Positions 47,049 through 59,999 of a DNA stretch of 64,000 nucleotides are shown one piece after another. Position 1 is the first letter of the stretch. Every line of letters begins with the position of its first letter. Source of the stretch: Chthoniobacteraceae bacterium (GTDB taxonomy: Bacteria; Verrucomicrobiota; Verrucomicrobiia; Chthoniobacterales; Chthoniobacteraceae). The DNA lies in the NCBI GenBank assembly GCA_031409655.1, contig JANNXQ010000127.1:1-64000 (forward strand), written 5' to 3'. A model generated the notes under the pieces. It had not been told where the DNA came from, ran no database searches, and was given only the letters and a program-made list of their open reading frames with translations. The translations under genes were made by a program, and so were the position numbers.

Positions 47049-47687
47049 TTGAACGCCATCATTCAGAAAATCCTCGCGCTGGAGCATTTTTTCCAAGGGC
47101 TCGGCTGGCTTGGCGTGCTCCTTTTCGCGCTGGCCATCGTCGTGATCCAGATGTTCTGCGCGCCGTTGTCACCGGTGGCCATCGGGGCGGGGCTCATCTT
47201 CGGACTCGGGCGCGGCTTTGTGGCGGTCGCGCTCGGCACCGCACTGGGGGCGATCGTGAATTTTCTCATCTCCCGCCATCTGGCGCGCGCCACCGTCCAG
47301 CGCTGGCTGGCGCATCATCAGAAGTTCAAGCTCATCGACGCGGCGATCGGTCGTGAAGGCTGGAAGATCATCGCGCTGCTGCGCTTTTGCCCGATCCCCT
47401 TTGGAGTCGCGAACTACTGCTACGGCCTCACCGCCGTGCGCTTCGTCCCGTATTGCGTCGCCACGTTCTGCGCGATCACTCCAGGGAATTTCTTCTTCGT
47501 CTGGTTCGGCGCAAGTTCCCACGATGCTTTGCAGACGGTGAGCGGCGTGGGGCAGGCCTCGCAGCCGGGGAAGATCATCTTCACGGTCATCGGGCTCGTC
47601 GCCTTCTTTGCGGCCCTGACCTACGTGACGAAGATCGCCAAAGCCGCCGTGGCGCGCAGCGGGGTGGAGTCGGAGAGGGCGTCCTAA
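47049..47687 (+). CDS. TVP38/TMEM64 (DedA/VTT) family membrane protein
   Basis: GAGLIFG..G...GTALGA...FLISR, IIALLRFCPIPF..ANY.YGLT; TTG start assumed. Confidence 0.85.
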   Translation: MNAIIQKILALEHFFQGLGWLGVLLFALAIVVIQMFCAPLSPVAIGAGLIFGLGRGFVAVALGTALGAIVNFLISRHLARATVQRWLAHHQKFKLIDAAIGREGWKIIALLRFCPIPFGVANYCYGLTAVRFVPYCVATFCAITPGNFFFVWFGASSHDALQTVSGVGQASQPGKIIFTVIGLVAFFAALTYVTKIAKAAVARSGVESERAS

Positions 47688-47811
47688 AAGGAGGTCGGCG
47701 TCCTTTTCATCCTCATTTTTCCACGAGCGCTGAGGGATGAAGATGAGGATCAGGATTCAGAAGATGAGAGCCCCCGGACCTTCTCCACGCTCGCCTGGCT
47801 CACCCATCTGG

Positions 47812-47846
47812 AAAAACAAAACCCGGAGTCCGAGGACCCCGGGTTT
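47812..47846 (-). terminator. Rho-independent terminator
   Basis: aaacccggggtcctcggactccgggttttgttttt on the minus strand, just after the 47873 stop. Confidence 0.7.
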
Positions 47847-47872
47847 CGTGAATAACTTGATGTGCGGGACGC

Positions 47873-48136
47873 TTAGGCGCCGGTCACGGTCTGCACTTTG
47901 CCGTGCTCGGAGACGACCTTCACAGCCTTGCCGACCAGCGCGGCGTCAGCCCCAGTGGTGCCGGGGGTGAGGGTGCGAGTCACGGACTTGCCGTCCGCGG
48001 TCGTGATCGTGATCTCTTTCTTTTCCGCGTTGATCGAGCTCAGTTTGCCTTCGTCGGTCACGGTCTTGCCGCAGCCTGCGATAGCGGCTCCGGAGGAAAA
48101 GGCGACGAGGGTGAGGATGGTGAGGAGTTTCTTCAT
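47873..48136 (-). CDS. Small secreted beta-rich protein (possible lipoprotein, OB-fold-like)
   Basis: MKKLLTILTLVAFSSGAAIAGC signal; followed by a terminator. Confidence 0.75.
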   Translation of the reverse strand: MKKLLTILTLVAFSSGAAIAGCGKTVTDEGKLSSINAEKKEITITTADGKSVTRTLTPGTTGADAALVGKAVKVVSEHGKVQTVTGA

Positions 48137-48294
48137 TTTATGTTCTGTTTTGTGGTGGGCCGCGGCGATGGACACCGTGATTGATGTCCGGGCGAGGCGT
48201 GATCCAAAAGGAGAGCACCCTGCGACGGGGACACAAGCGAAAACTGCGGGGCGCGGCTTTACTTTCGCGCCTCCTCGCGAACAGTGGTCGCCCC

Positions 48295-49452
48295 ATGCTC
48301 TCCCTTCGCCGACTCCTTTTCACCCTCGCCCTCACGATCGGGGCGATCGCCCGCGCCCATCCCATTCCCGACGTTCCCGTCAGTGCATTTTTTGAAGCCG
48401 GCGGCGCCACCCGCTTCGTCGTCGAGGTCGATCCGCGCTGCTTCACCGATGACCCCGATCACGCCCCGTCGCTCCTCTTCAAAGACCTGAAGGCGAAACC
48501 GCAGGCCGAGCAGGACGCCCTGCGCGAGCAAGCGCGGACCTACGTGGCGCGGACTATGGAGCTTTTCTTTGAGCCGCTCGGGAAAATCTCGCCGGACTGG
48601 CAATTCACCTGGACCGGCCGCGGCGCCGCGGCGCTGAAAGACGACGAAGACGTCTCCGTGCTCACTGGCATCTGGAAGACTACCGTGCCCGCCGGTCTGC
48701 AGGGCTACCGCCTCCGCGCTCTTCCGGAGGGCAAAGTGAGCGTCCTCTTCCTCAATCACCTACGCGGGGAAGCCGTCGAGCGCACCGCCGTCCTCTTTCC
48801 CGGCGAGACCAGCTTCCTCCTGGATCTCAGCGGGCTCGGCTCCGCCGCGCTCACCAGTCCCGCCGCTGGCGCCGTCGGCGTCACTGGAGGCCGCTGGGAG
48901 ACCTTCCTCGATTTCTTTTGGCAAGGCTTCCAGCACGTCCTGCCCAAGGGGCTCGACCACATCCTTTTCGTGCTCGGCCTTTTCCTCCTCTCCCGCGCCT
49001 GGCGTCCGCTGCTCTGGCAGGTCACCACCTTCACTGCCGCGCACACCATCACGCTCGGGCTCGCCACCTTTGGCTGGGTGCAGGTCTCCCCGCGCATCGT
49101 CGAGCCGGTCATCGCCTTCAGCCTCGTCTTCGTGGCCATGGAGAATATTTTGCGTCCGCGCTACTCGGCATGGCGGCTCGTAGTCGTCTTTGTCTTCGGC
49201 CTCGTCCACGGCCTCGGCTTCGCCAGCGCCATGCGGGAACTGGACCTTCCCCTGAAGTCCGTGCTCGTCGGCCTGCTTGGCTTCAATTTGGGCGTCGAAG
49301 GCGGCCAACTCGCCGTCGTCACCCTCGCCGCCCTCGCCACCGTCTGGCTGCGCAACCCCGTCACCTACCGTCGCGCCATCGTCATCCCCGGCTCCGCCGC
49401 CATCGCCGTCATGGGCCTGTGGTGGACGGTCACGCGGGTCTTTGGCGGATAG
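48295..49452 (+). CDS. HupE/UreJ family protein with an N-terminal extracytoplasmic domain
   Basis: AHP after the signal peptide; GFQHVLPKGLDHILF, FTAAHTITL, FGLVHGLGFA, FNLGVEGGQL. Confidence 0.9.
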   Translation: MLSLRRLLFTLALTIGAIARAHPIPDVPVSAFFEAGGATRFVVEVDPRCFTDDPDHAPSLLFKDLKAKPQAEQDALREQARTYVARTMELFFEPLGKISPDWQFTWTGRGAAALKDDEDVSVLTGIWKTTVPAGLQGYRLRALPEGKVSVLFLNHLRGEAVERTAVLFPGETSFLLDLSGLGSAALTSPAAGAVGVTGGRWETFLDFFWQGFQHVLPKGLDHILFVLGLFLLSRAWRPLLWQVTTFTAAHTITLGLATFGWVQVSPRIVEPVIAFSLVFVAMENILRPRYSAWRLVVVFVFGLVHGLGFASAMRELDLPLKSVLVGLLGFNLGVEGGQLAVVTLAALATVWLRNPVTYRRAIVIPGSAAIAVMGLWWTVTRVFGG

Positions 49453-49506
49453 GCTCTTCTACCGCCGCCGCTCAAGTTTTGGAAAAATAAGCCAGAGCCC
49501 TCCTTC

Positions 49507-49647
49507 GGCGTTTGGCATTTGGCGTTTGGCGTTTGGAGTTTGGAGTTTGGAGTTTCGCCCCGTGCAGCGGCCGCCCGATCGGCCATGCGTCATCGGAGGT
49601 AACCGCACCCGGAGCGGACAAAACTTCAAACGCCCAACGCCAATCGC
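49507..49647. repeat. Inverted heptamer arrays (TTTGGCG/TTTGGAG)n / (AAACGCC)n
   Basis: About 7 units at 49507-49555 and about 4 degenerate units at 49621-49647; same unit as 9868-10012. Confidence 0.85.
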
Positions 49648-49723
49648 TGCCCTCCACTCCCTCCGCTTTTCCAAAAAAGTCTGCTCGCCCGATGCGTCCG
49701 CCGGTGCGGCGTGCCGACCGTGG

Positions 49724-50881
49724 CTACTGCGTGACCCACTCAAGATTGAAGCGAGCGACAGCGATGTCCTCCTTACCTTCATAAAGACAAAGCACGGTGC
49801 CGTCCGGCAGCACGGCGAGATCGGAGTAGGCGCTTGGGCCCGGGTCGAGGGTTCTATTGATGGGCCAGGTCTGGCCGTCGTCGTGGCTGATTTTGATGGA
49901 GAGGTTTTGGCGTTTGCCACGACCGGCAGGCGCTTCCTTGCCTTCCTCGTCGAGCTTCAGCGTATGCGGATTGGAGAAGATGAGCGTGCCGGGCCTTGAA
50001 GGATGCGCAACGATGCTGGCCATGCAGATGGGTTCCCAGAGTTGCTCGTGGAAGACAGGTTTGGTCCAGTGGCGCGCACCATCGGGGCTGGTGGTGACGA
50101 GCTTGCGATTCGCTTTCGACACACTGCGCGCGACGAGCAGCACGCGGCCGTCGGATAACTCGGTGATCATCGTTTCGTTGGGGTTGACGCAGTCGCCTTC
50201 GTTCGGCAGGCAGAGGTCGCCGGCCTGCCAGGTCTGGCCGTGATCATCGCTGAAGATTGTGGCCGCGGCGGAGGGCGAATGATCGCCCGTTTTGCCATAA
50301 GCGAGCCAGATGGGCACGACGAGGCGACCGCTTTTAAGCTGAACGCCGTGCCCTGGGCCAGTGGCGATGACTTTCCAATCAACCTTCGTGCGGAAGGGTT
50401 CGAACGATGCCGTGATGTCCAGAGGCGCGCTCCACGTGAGGCCATCATCGGTGCTCCGCATGGCGTAGCAGCGGGCGTAGTTGACGCAGTAGAGGAACTC
50501 GATGGCCCCCGTCTCGCGATCGACGATGGCAACGGGGTTGTTTACGGTTTGCTCTCTGGCACTGGCTTCGTCGTGCTTGCGCGGATTCCCTTCGAGCCGC
50601 GCGCCGTGATGCGCGATCTGTTTTGCGTCCTGCCACGTCTTCCCTCCGTCTATGGAGCGTCGCAAATGAATCTCGATCTCGCCCCAGTCGGCGCTGCTGT
50701 TCTTCCGCGCCTCACAATAGGCAAGCGCCGTACCCCTCGCCGTCACGACGATGCCTGGGATGCGATAGCGGGTGATGCCATTCAGGCCTGGCGGGAAGAC
50801 GACGGTCTTTTCAAAGAGCGGCTCAGCAGCGCTGATTTGCAGCGCCGAAATGAGGAGGAGCGAGAGGATGAATGGGTTCAC
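49724..50881 (-). CDS. Sialidase family protein (GH33-like)
   Basis: YRIP motif; Asp boxes SIDGGKTW, STDDGLTW, SDDHGQTW, SPDGARHW, SHDDGQTW; SAYSDL..LYE; GTG start assumed. Confidence 0.9.
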   Translation of the reverse strand: MNPFILSLLLISALQISAAEPLFEKTVVFPPGLNGITRYRIPGIVVTARGTALAYCEARKNSSADWGEIEIHLRRSIDGGKTWQDAKQIAHHGARLEGNPRKHDEASAREQTVNNPVAIVDRETGAIEFLYCVNYARCYAMRSTDDGLTWSAPLDITASFEPFRTKVDWKVIATGPGHGVQLKSGRLVVPIWLAYGKTGDHSPSAAATIFSDDHGQTWQAGDLCLPNEGDCVNPNETMITELSDGRVLLVARSVSKANRKLVTTSPDGARHWTKPVFHEQLWEPICMASIVAHPSRPGTLIFSNPHTLKLDEEGKEAPAGRGKRQNLSIKISHDDGQTWPINRTLDPGPSAYSDLAVLPDGTVLCLYEGKEDIAVARFNLEWVTQ

Positions 50882-50922
50882 TGGGGCAGGGGAGACGAAC
50901 GGTTGTCGGAAGCGATCCTCGG

Positions 50923-51840
50923 TCAGACCCGGACCCACTCGAAAAATCCCATTTGCTCCAGTTCCGAGTGCAGGGCTCTGGTTTGCTCAGGGTCGAGACT
51001 TGCACAAGGCAACCGTGCCGGGCCGACATCGACGCCGAGCATTTTCATCACCGCCTTTGCTGCGCCCATGTAACCGTGAGCGGCGAGCTTTTGAATGACG
51101 CGCACGGAGCGCATCTGCTCTCCGCGTGCGCCGATGAGATCGCCGCGTTGAAAGGCGGCGATGAGGCGGTTGTAGATCGGCGCAGCAAAGTTGAAGGAAC
51201 TGCCCACTGCTCCGCTGGCCCCGAGCGCGAGCGCCCCGAGCAGCACCTCATCAAAACCAAATGGGATGTCGAAAGCGCCCTCCTGCGCGGCCCGGCAGAG
51301 CTGATACTCCATGAGATTGCTGCTCGTGAATTTGATGCCCGCCAGATTTGGGATTCGCACCGCGGCCTGCGCAAGGAATTCGGAGGGTGACAGACTGAGG
51401 CCCGTCATGCTCGGCATCTCGTAGTAGTAGAAAGGCAACTCCGGCGCCGCGGCTGCGATCTGCGCGATGCTCTCGACCAGCGCCGCGACATTGGCCGGCT
51501 TGAAATACGAAGGGGCCAGCGCACTCACGGCCACCGCCCCGAGTTCCTGAGCCTGCGCTGCGAGAACTCGCGAGTCCGCGAGGCAATTTGAGCCCACATG
51601 CACGATCACCTTGAGCGCAGAACGGCGGGTCACCTCAAGCCAGCGCCCGCACAATGCACGACGTTCCTCCAGCGTCAGCGAACTGCTCTCACCGGTGGTG
51701 CCGCCGATAAAAGCGTGACCAACTCCGGTGCTCTGCAGATGAGTTGCCTGTTGCTCGACGATGGTGAGATTGAGCGAGCCATCGGGATAGAACGGAGTGT
51801 GAGTGGCAGCGGCGAGGTCTTGGATGCGGTGTGTCTTCAT
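50923..51840 (-). CDS. nanA: N-acetylneuraminate lyase-like (DapA family) aldolase
   Basis: GTTGE, HVG, APSYFKP, FYYYE.P..TG, GIKFT, GAVGSSFN; adjacent to the sialidase. Confidence 0.8.
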   Translation of the reverse strand: MKTHRIQDLAAATHTPFYPDGSLNLTIVEQQATHLQSTGVGHAFIGGTTGESSSLTLEERRALCGRWLEVTRRSALKVIVHVGSNCLADSRVLAAQAQELGAVAVSALAPSYFKPANVAALVESIAQIAAAAPELPFYYYEMPSMTGLSLSPSEFLAQAAVRIPNLAGIKFTSSNLMEYQLCRAAQEGAFDIPFGFDEVLLGALALGASGAVGSSFNFAAPIYNRLIAAFQRGDLIGARGEQMRSVRVIQKLAAHGYMGAAKAVMKMLGVDVGPARLPCASLDPEQTRALHSELEQMGFFEWVRV

Positions 51841-51994
51841 GAGTTACCCCTTCTTTAAGGCAGAAGTCTCCCAATCCAGGCCAACGAATTACCGGTTGTT
51901 TTTGCGGACATGGGTCCGCCCCAGCGTCGCGCTGCGCAGAAAGGTCGGCTGGCAGCAGGTTCTCGGCATTTTTGGACGGGACTGCATTCAGTGG

Positions 51995-53371
51995 TCAGTC
52001 CGTCGGCAGCGCGTCGCGGTCGCCCTTGGAGAGCTGGTTCATTTGCGCGCGCAACGCCGCGACATTCTCCGGCATCTTCGCGGCGAGGTCGGCGGTTTCG
52101 TTAGCGTCGGTGGCGAGGTTGTAAAGCTCGGCGGATTCGGCGGGAGGCTCGTCGCCTGGCTTCGCCCCACCTTTGCGGGCGACGATGAGCTTCCAGTCGC
52201 CATCGCGCACCGAGCGGGCGTTGAAGTTGGGGCCCACGGTGTAAATCGTACGCGGCGGCACCGGCTCCGCGCCCGTGAGTTGCGGCCAGATATTTTTGCC
52301 GTCCCACTTCAGATCCCGCTCCGGCACATAGCCCGCGAGCGCGCAGAAGGTCGGCATCCAGTCGCTGATGTGCGCGACGCCTGCAAACTTACCGGGCTTC
52401 AACTGGCCCGGAAACGAAACGAGCGTCGGCCCGCGAATACCGCCTTCATACACTTGCCCCTTCTGTCCGCGCAGCGGACGATTATTACCCACGAGTTTGC
52501 CGGTGGGGCAGTGGTCATCGGGATAGTGCAGATCGTTGTTCTCGGAGGTGTTGCCGCCGTTGTCGCTGGTGAAGACCACGATCGTGTCCCCACGCCGGCC
52601 TTTCTTTTCCACGGCGGCCAGGATGCGGCCGACGGCATCGTCGAGATGCATGACGGATGCTCCGTAGTGCCGCGCCACCTCGCCCTGGACCGCGGACGGC
52701 ACCCGCGCGACCCACTCCTCCGGTTCCTTCAGCGGCAGATGCACCGCGGTAAAGGGCAGGTAGAGGAAAAACGGGGCCTCGCCGCGCGCCTCGATCCAGC
52801 GGATGGCCTCAGCAGCGATGAGGTCGGTCGCGTGGCCCGTCTCCTCGACGAACTTTTCATTGCGATGCCAGGTGCGGCTGAATGCACCCTCCTTATATCG
52901 GTGATTCCACGGGCTCACGCCGCCTGCAAGCGAGCCGTAGCTGTGGTCGAAGCCAAAGTGATTTGGCCCCTGCTCCGGCACTGAGCCGAGATGCCACTTA
53001 CCCATGAGCGCAGTATCGTAACCCACGGACTGGAGGGCCCGCGGGAGCGTGACGGTGTCCCAGCGATACGCGCGGTGGTTCTGCGGAGTCGTGACTCCGA
53101 AGCGTGTCGCATAGCGGCCACTGAGCAAGGCCGAGCGTGTCGGACTGCAAACGGGATAGACGTAATGCTGCGTCAACTCCATCCCCTCTTCTGCGAGCCG
53201 GTCGAGATGCGGCGTGGGCACATTACCCCGGTGAAACGCCACGTCCGCCCAGCCGAGATCGTCAGCCATGATAAAAACGAAGTTGGGTTTGGTAGTAGAT
53301 GGGGCGGCTCGGAGCGTTGCCAGCGGACCCACCAGCAGGGCAGCAACGAGAGTAATGTGAGTTGGGTTCAT
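51995..53371 (-). CDS. Arylsulfatase (formylglycine-dependent)
   Basis: Signal peptide; NFVFIMADDLG, CSPTRSALLSGRY, GKWHLG, FTSDNG. Confidence 0.93.
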   Translation of the reverse strand: MNPTHITLVAALLVGPLATLRAAPSTTKPNFVFIMADDLGWADVAFHRGNVPTPHLDRLAEEGMELTQHYVYPVCSPTRSALLSGRYATRFGVTTPQNHRAYRWDTVTLPRALQSVGYDTALMGKWHLGSVPEQGPNHFGFDHSYGSLAGGVSPWNHRYKEGAFSRTWHRNEKFVEETGHATDLIAAEAIRWIEARGEAPFFLYLPFTAVHLPLKEPEEWVARVPSAVQGEVARHYGASVMHLDDAVGRILAAVEKKGRRGDTIVVFTSDNGGNTSENNDLHYPDDHCPTGKLVGNNRPLRGQKGQVYEGGIRGPTLVSFPGQLKPGKFAGVAHISDWMPTFCALAGYVPERDLKWDGKNIWPQLTGAEPVPPRTIYTVGPNFNARSVRDGDWKLIVARKGGAKPGDEPPAESAELYNLATDANETADLAAKMPENVAALRAQMNQLSKGDRDALPTD

Positions 53372-53377
53372 TGATGC

Positions 53378-56302
<2,925 letters not shown>

Positions 56303-56312
56303 GGCGCAGATG

Positions 56313-57731
56313 TCAGGCGAGAATGCTCTTGAGCACATGCCCATGCACGTCGGTGAGGCGGCGGTTCGCGCCGTTGTGGTAATAGGTCAGCTTCTCGTGA
56401 TTGAGGCCGAGCAGGTGCAGCACGGTGGCGTAGAAGTCATAGACCGTGGCCACATCGACGACGGAGCGGCGGCCGAAGTCGTCGGTCTCGCCGTAGCTCA
56501 CGCCGCCTTTCACGCCCGCGCCCATCATCCAGGTGGTGAAGGCATCGGGATTGTGGTCGCGCCCGCTGGTGCCCTCCTGATGCGTGGGCATGCGGCCAAA
56601 CTCGGTGCACCACACGACGAGCACGTCGTTCAACATGCCGCGCTGTTTCATGTCGGTTAACAGCGCCGCCGTCGGCTGATCGAAGATGGGACAATGCCGC
56701 TCGTAGTCGGCCTTCAGCGTCTTGTGCGCGTCCCAGTTCAGAAGGCCGTCCACGGCGCTCGCACGCGATGCGCAGTAGAGCGAGACGTAGCGAACGCCTT
56801 GCTCCAGGAAGCGGCGGGCGAGCAGGCAATTCTTCGCGTAGTCGGCCTTGAGCTTATTGCGGTCGGTGGTGCCGTAGAGTTCGTGAACGTGCCCGGGTTC
56901 GGCGGAAAGGTCGCTCACTTCCGGTGCGGTGAGCTGCATCTTCGCGGCGAGTTCATACGCGGCCATGCGGGCGCGGAGTTCGTCATTGCCGGGATGCGCG
57001 GCGGCGTGCTCGGCATTGATGAGCTTCAGGAAATCGCGCGTCGCCTGTTCATCGTCGGCCTTGATGGAAGCGGGTCGCGCGAGGTTGCGCAGCGGCTGCT
57101 GCGCGGCCATCGACACCGCTTGATACTGCGCGGAGAGAAAGCCGTTGCTCCAGTTCGCCTTGCCGTTCGGCGGTTCGCCGCGCACGTCCTGAATCGCGAT
57201 GTAAGTCGGCAGGTTCTCATTCGTCGAACCAAGCGCATAGCTGACCCACGAACCCGCGCTGGGGAAGCCCTCGCGGGTGAAGCACGAGTTCATGTAGATG
57301 CAGCCCGGCCCGTGGGTGTTCGTGCGCGAAGTCATGCTGTGGATGATAGCCATGTCGTCCACATGCTTCGCCATGTGCGGCAGCATCGTGGAAATCATCT
57401 TCCCGCTCTGCCCCGCCGGAGCAAACGGCCACGGCGACATCATGAGGTTGCCGTTCTTGCCCTGAAACGTGACCTCCTTGTCCGCTCCCGGCATCGGCGT
57501 GCCGTGAAACTTCTCCAGCATCGGCTTGTGGTCCCACAGGTCCATGTGCGACGCCGCACCGGGGCAGAAAATCTGCAACACTTGCTTCGCCTTCGGTGCA
57601 AAGTGGGGCTGGCCCAGCGGTGCGGCAGCGAGTTCGTCGGTGAACAGACGCGAGAGCGCAACGCCGGTGAGGCCGGTGGTCATCTGGCCGAGGAAGTGAC
57701 GACGGGTGAAGGAATCGAGGAGGGGGTTCAT
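56313..57731 (-). CDS. DUF1501 domain protein (Tat-exported)
   Basis: TRRHFL; HFAPKAK, G..SH.DLWD.KP, GSWVSYALGS.NENLP, TEFGRMP, GRDHNP, RRLTDVHG. Confidence 0.93.
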   Translation of the reverse strand: MNPLLDSFTRRHFLGQMTTGLTGVALSRLFTDELAAAPLGQPHFAPKAKQVLQIFCPGAASHMDLWDHKPMLEKFHGTPMPGADKEVTFQGKNGNLMMSPWPFAPAGQSGKMISTMLPHMAKHVDDMAIIHSMTSRTNTHGPGCIYMNSCFTREGFPSAGSWVSYALGSTNENLPTYIAIQDVRGEPPNGKANWSNGFLSAQYQAVSMAAQQPLRNLARPASIKADDEQATRDFLKLINAEHAAAHPGNDELRARMAAYELAAKMQLTAPEVSDLSAEPGHVHELYGTTDRNKLKADYAKNCLLARRFLEQGVRYVSLYCASRASAVDGLLNWDAHKTLKADYERHCPIFDQPTAALLTDMKQRGMLNDVLVVWCTEFGRMPTHQEGTSGRDHNPDAFTTWMMGAGVKGGVSYGETDDFGRRSVVDVATVYDFYATVLHLLGLNHEKLTYYHNGANRRLTDVHGHVLKSILA

Positions 57732-57881
57732 GGCGAGCGACAATAGTGAGTGGTCGGAAGTGATCGTCCGGAAGCAAGGACCGTCGGCACGAATCACCGT
57801 TTCAGCGCGGCGATCTTAGTGGAGTAGCGGGTCCACGCGGCAGCAGCGTGTCGCCCCTCGCGGATCGAGGCGGCGTCAGGC

Positions 57882-58400
57882 TCAGCGACCCGGCCTGCGA
57901 TCCGCGCGCTGTTCCGCGGGCGAGGTGCTGGCGGAAGAATGGTCCGGAGTGGAGAAATAGTGCCGCTTGATCGGACGGAACAGCCCGGCTGCATCTGGCT
58001 GCGGGATTTCGGCTGGAGGTGGGGACTCGGCGATTGGGAATTCCCGGCGCGAGCTCTCGATATCCTCGCTTGCCTTCGCCTGGAAGTTGGAAAGTTCCCG
58101 AATGCTGCCTTCGATCAAGCCCTTGAGGATGGAGCGGGCTTCGTCGGAGAGGTTGGGGTTGTGCCATTCATCTAACATCTCCTGCATGACAGCATCGAAG
58201 TCCCCCATCGCTTTCTCGGCATCTTCCATCTGGACTTCGAGGGATGCCGGTTCCTCTTTTATGCCTTTCATCATCGCTTCGAAATCCAAGGTGGAGGCAT
58301 CCTCCGGGGAGCTGGTTTTTGCTGGAAGTGGCGGGATGGGAGTCCCGCAAAAAAGTTGCCGAATTCGCGCGAGGAGGAGTGCGGTAAAGCGCTGTTTCAT
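57882..58400 (-). CDS. Hypothetical helical protein
   Basis: 172-aa ORF, acidic and helical, visibly lower GC than its neighbours. Confidence 0.5.
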   Translation of the reverse strand: MKQRFTALLLARIRQLFCGTPIPPLPAKTSSPEDASTLDFEAMMKGIKEEPASLEVQMEDAEKAMGDFDAVMQEMLDEWHNPNLSDEARSILKGLIEGSIRELSNFQAKASEDIESSRREFPIAESPPPAEIPQPDAAGLFRPIKRHYFSTPDHSSASTSPAEQRADRRPGR

Positions 58401-58608
58401 AGCGGGTGGGGTAGTTTTCTTTGGGTTGGGCCTTTGGTCGGCGAAATTTCCAGCGGCGAGAGTAATTAATGAAATAGTACTCGGGCGTGAAGGCAGTTCA
58501 AGTGACGCGAACGAGCACCCTTGCGGCGGCTCTCTGGGCAGCAATGGACGAAGGCTAAGAGGCGCGGGTAACTTTCCTCCTCTCCGCTAAACCGATCCCG
58601 GCACTGCG

Positions 58609-59808
58609 TCAGGGCTTGTAGTAAGGCCCTAGGTGCTCGAGCACGCGGGCGCGGAGTGCTTCGCCGTCCACACTGCCGGTGTGCCGCCAGATGATGCTGC
58701 CGTCGGGCGCCACGAGCACGCTGTGCGGGATGCCGCCGGGCCACTCGGGATCGAGCGCGTTCATCAGCTCCTTGGTGTCCGTCCCGGTGAAGAGGTAACT
58801 ATTCGTGGTGCGCCCTTCGGCGGCGAGCGAGGCCTTTAACTTCCCGACCAAACCTGCGCCTTGTTTTTCGAGAAACGCTTTCACCTTTGCCGCGTCCGAG
58901 GCCTCGTCGGTGCTGATGGTGATGAGTTCAAAGTCGCGCAGGCCAAACTTCCGCGAGGTGGTGACCAACTCCGGAAATTCGGCCACACAGGGCGCGCACC
59001 ACGTCGCCCACACGTTAAAGAGGCGCACTTTCTTAGTCCCGTTCTTCCGCAGCGCGGTGACGCCCGCGAGGTCGATCTTCTCCACGTCCACGGGTGTGCT
59101 GTTCCACTTTTCGGTCTTCTCGGCGACGGAGGATTTCTTGGTCATCCACTTTGTCGAGCAGCCGTGTGGCTTCGTGATCGCGACGGGCACTGGCTGGCCT
59201 GCGAGCAAAGCCTCGACGGCCACACGTGCGTCCTGGGTCTTGACCGTCGCGGGATCGGCATACTTGGAATCATCGAACTGACCTTTGTAACGGAGCTTTC
59301 GCCCCGCATCGAAGATGAAGATGTGCGGTGTCGCGAGGCAGCCATAGGCCTTGGAGACAGACTGCGTCTCGCCATCGTAAAGGTAAGGAAAAGTGAAGCC
59401 GGATTCCGCGGCATACTTCTTCATGTCGTCAAAGCCGTCGTTGTACTTCGAGTAACCCAACTCATCGATGCTCAGGCCGTCGGGATTGTTCGGATTGATG
59501 GCGATGAGCGCCACGCCTTGGTCCTTCGTATCCTGGAGGAGCTTCTTGATCCGCTCTTCAGCGGCGTGGGAGTCGGGGCAGTGATTCGATAGGAAGGCGA
59601 CGACGAGGATCTTCGCGTCTTGGTAGTCGGCGAGCGCGTGCGTTTTGTCGTCGATGCCCGGCAGCGAGAAATCCGGCGCGGCGTCGCCGATGGCCAGATC
59701 GCGGGCATCGCCCGGAAGGGCGCTTTTGGCGGGCTTCGCGGAATCGGCGGCGCGCAGAGATGCGGAGCACGCGAGGAGGACGAGGAGGCTGAGCTTGAGC
59801 AGGTTCAT
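58609..59808 (-). CDS. Secreted tandem redoxin protein (AhpC/TSA-like plus TlpA-like)
   Basis: Signal peptide; IGDAAPDFSLPG, SNHCPDS, FPYLYD, HGCSTKW; second domain NVWATWCAPC. Confidence 0.9.
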   Translation of the reverse strand: MNLLKLSLLVLLACSASLRAADSAKPAKSALPGDARDLAIGDAAPDFSLPGIDDKTHALADYQDAKILVVAFLSNHCPDSHAAEERIKKLLQDTKDQGVALIAINPNNPDGLSIDELGYSKYNDGFDDMKKYAAESGFTFPYLYDGETQSVSKAYGCLATPHIFIFDAGRKLRYKGQFDDSKYADPATVKTQDARVAVEALLAGQPVPVAITKPHGCSTKWMTKKSSVAEKTEKWNSTPVDVEKIDLAGVTALRKNGTKKVRLFNVWATWCAPCVAEFPELVTTSRKFGLRDFELITISTDEASDAAKVKAFLEKQGAGLVGKLKASLAAEGRTTNSYLFTGTDTKELMNALDPEWPGGIPHSVLVAPDGSIIWRHTGSVDGEALRARVLEHLGPYYKP

Positions 59809-59999
59809 GGGAGCGATGGAACTTGCTGGTCGTAGCACGTTCGCGGAGAGCGCAGGAGTTCTTTTGCATGGAGTCGCGGAGAGATCTCCCATTCCGAAGT
59901 GTTTTTCCTTGTCCGAATCGCCACGGTCAGTGCCGTTAGAGGCGTCCGAGGTTTCGCTTCGGTCCCTTGCCCGCCCCGATTCGTCCTTTTCCTCCACCC

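Noticed and set aside
48137..48294. Metal or cobalamin riboswitch upstream of the HupE/UreJ gene
   Set aside because: The region is short and shows no B12-box or NiCo motif by eye
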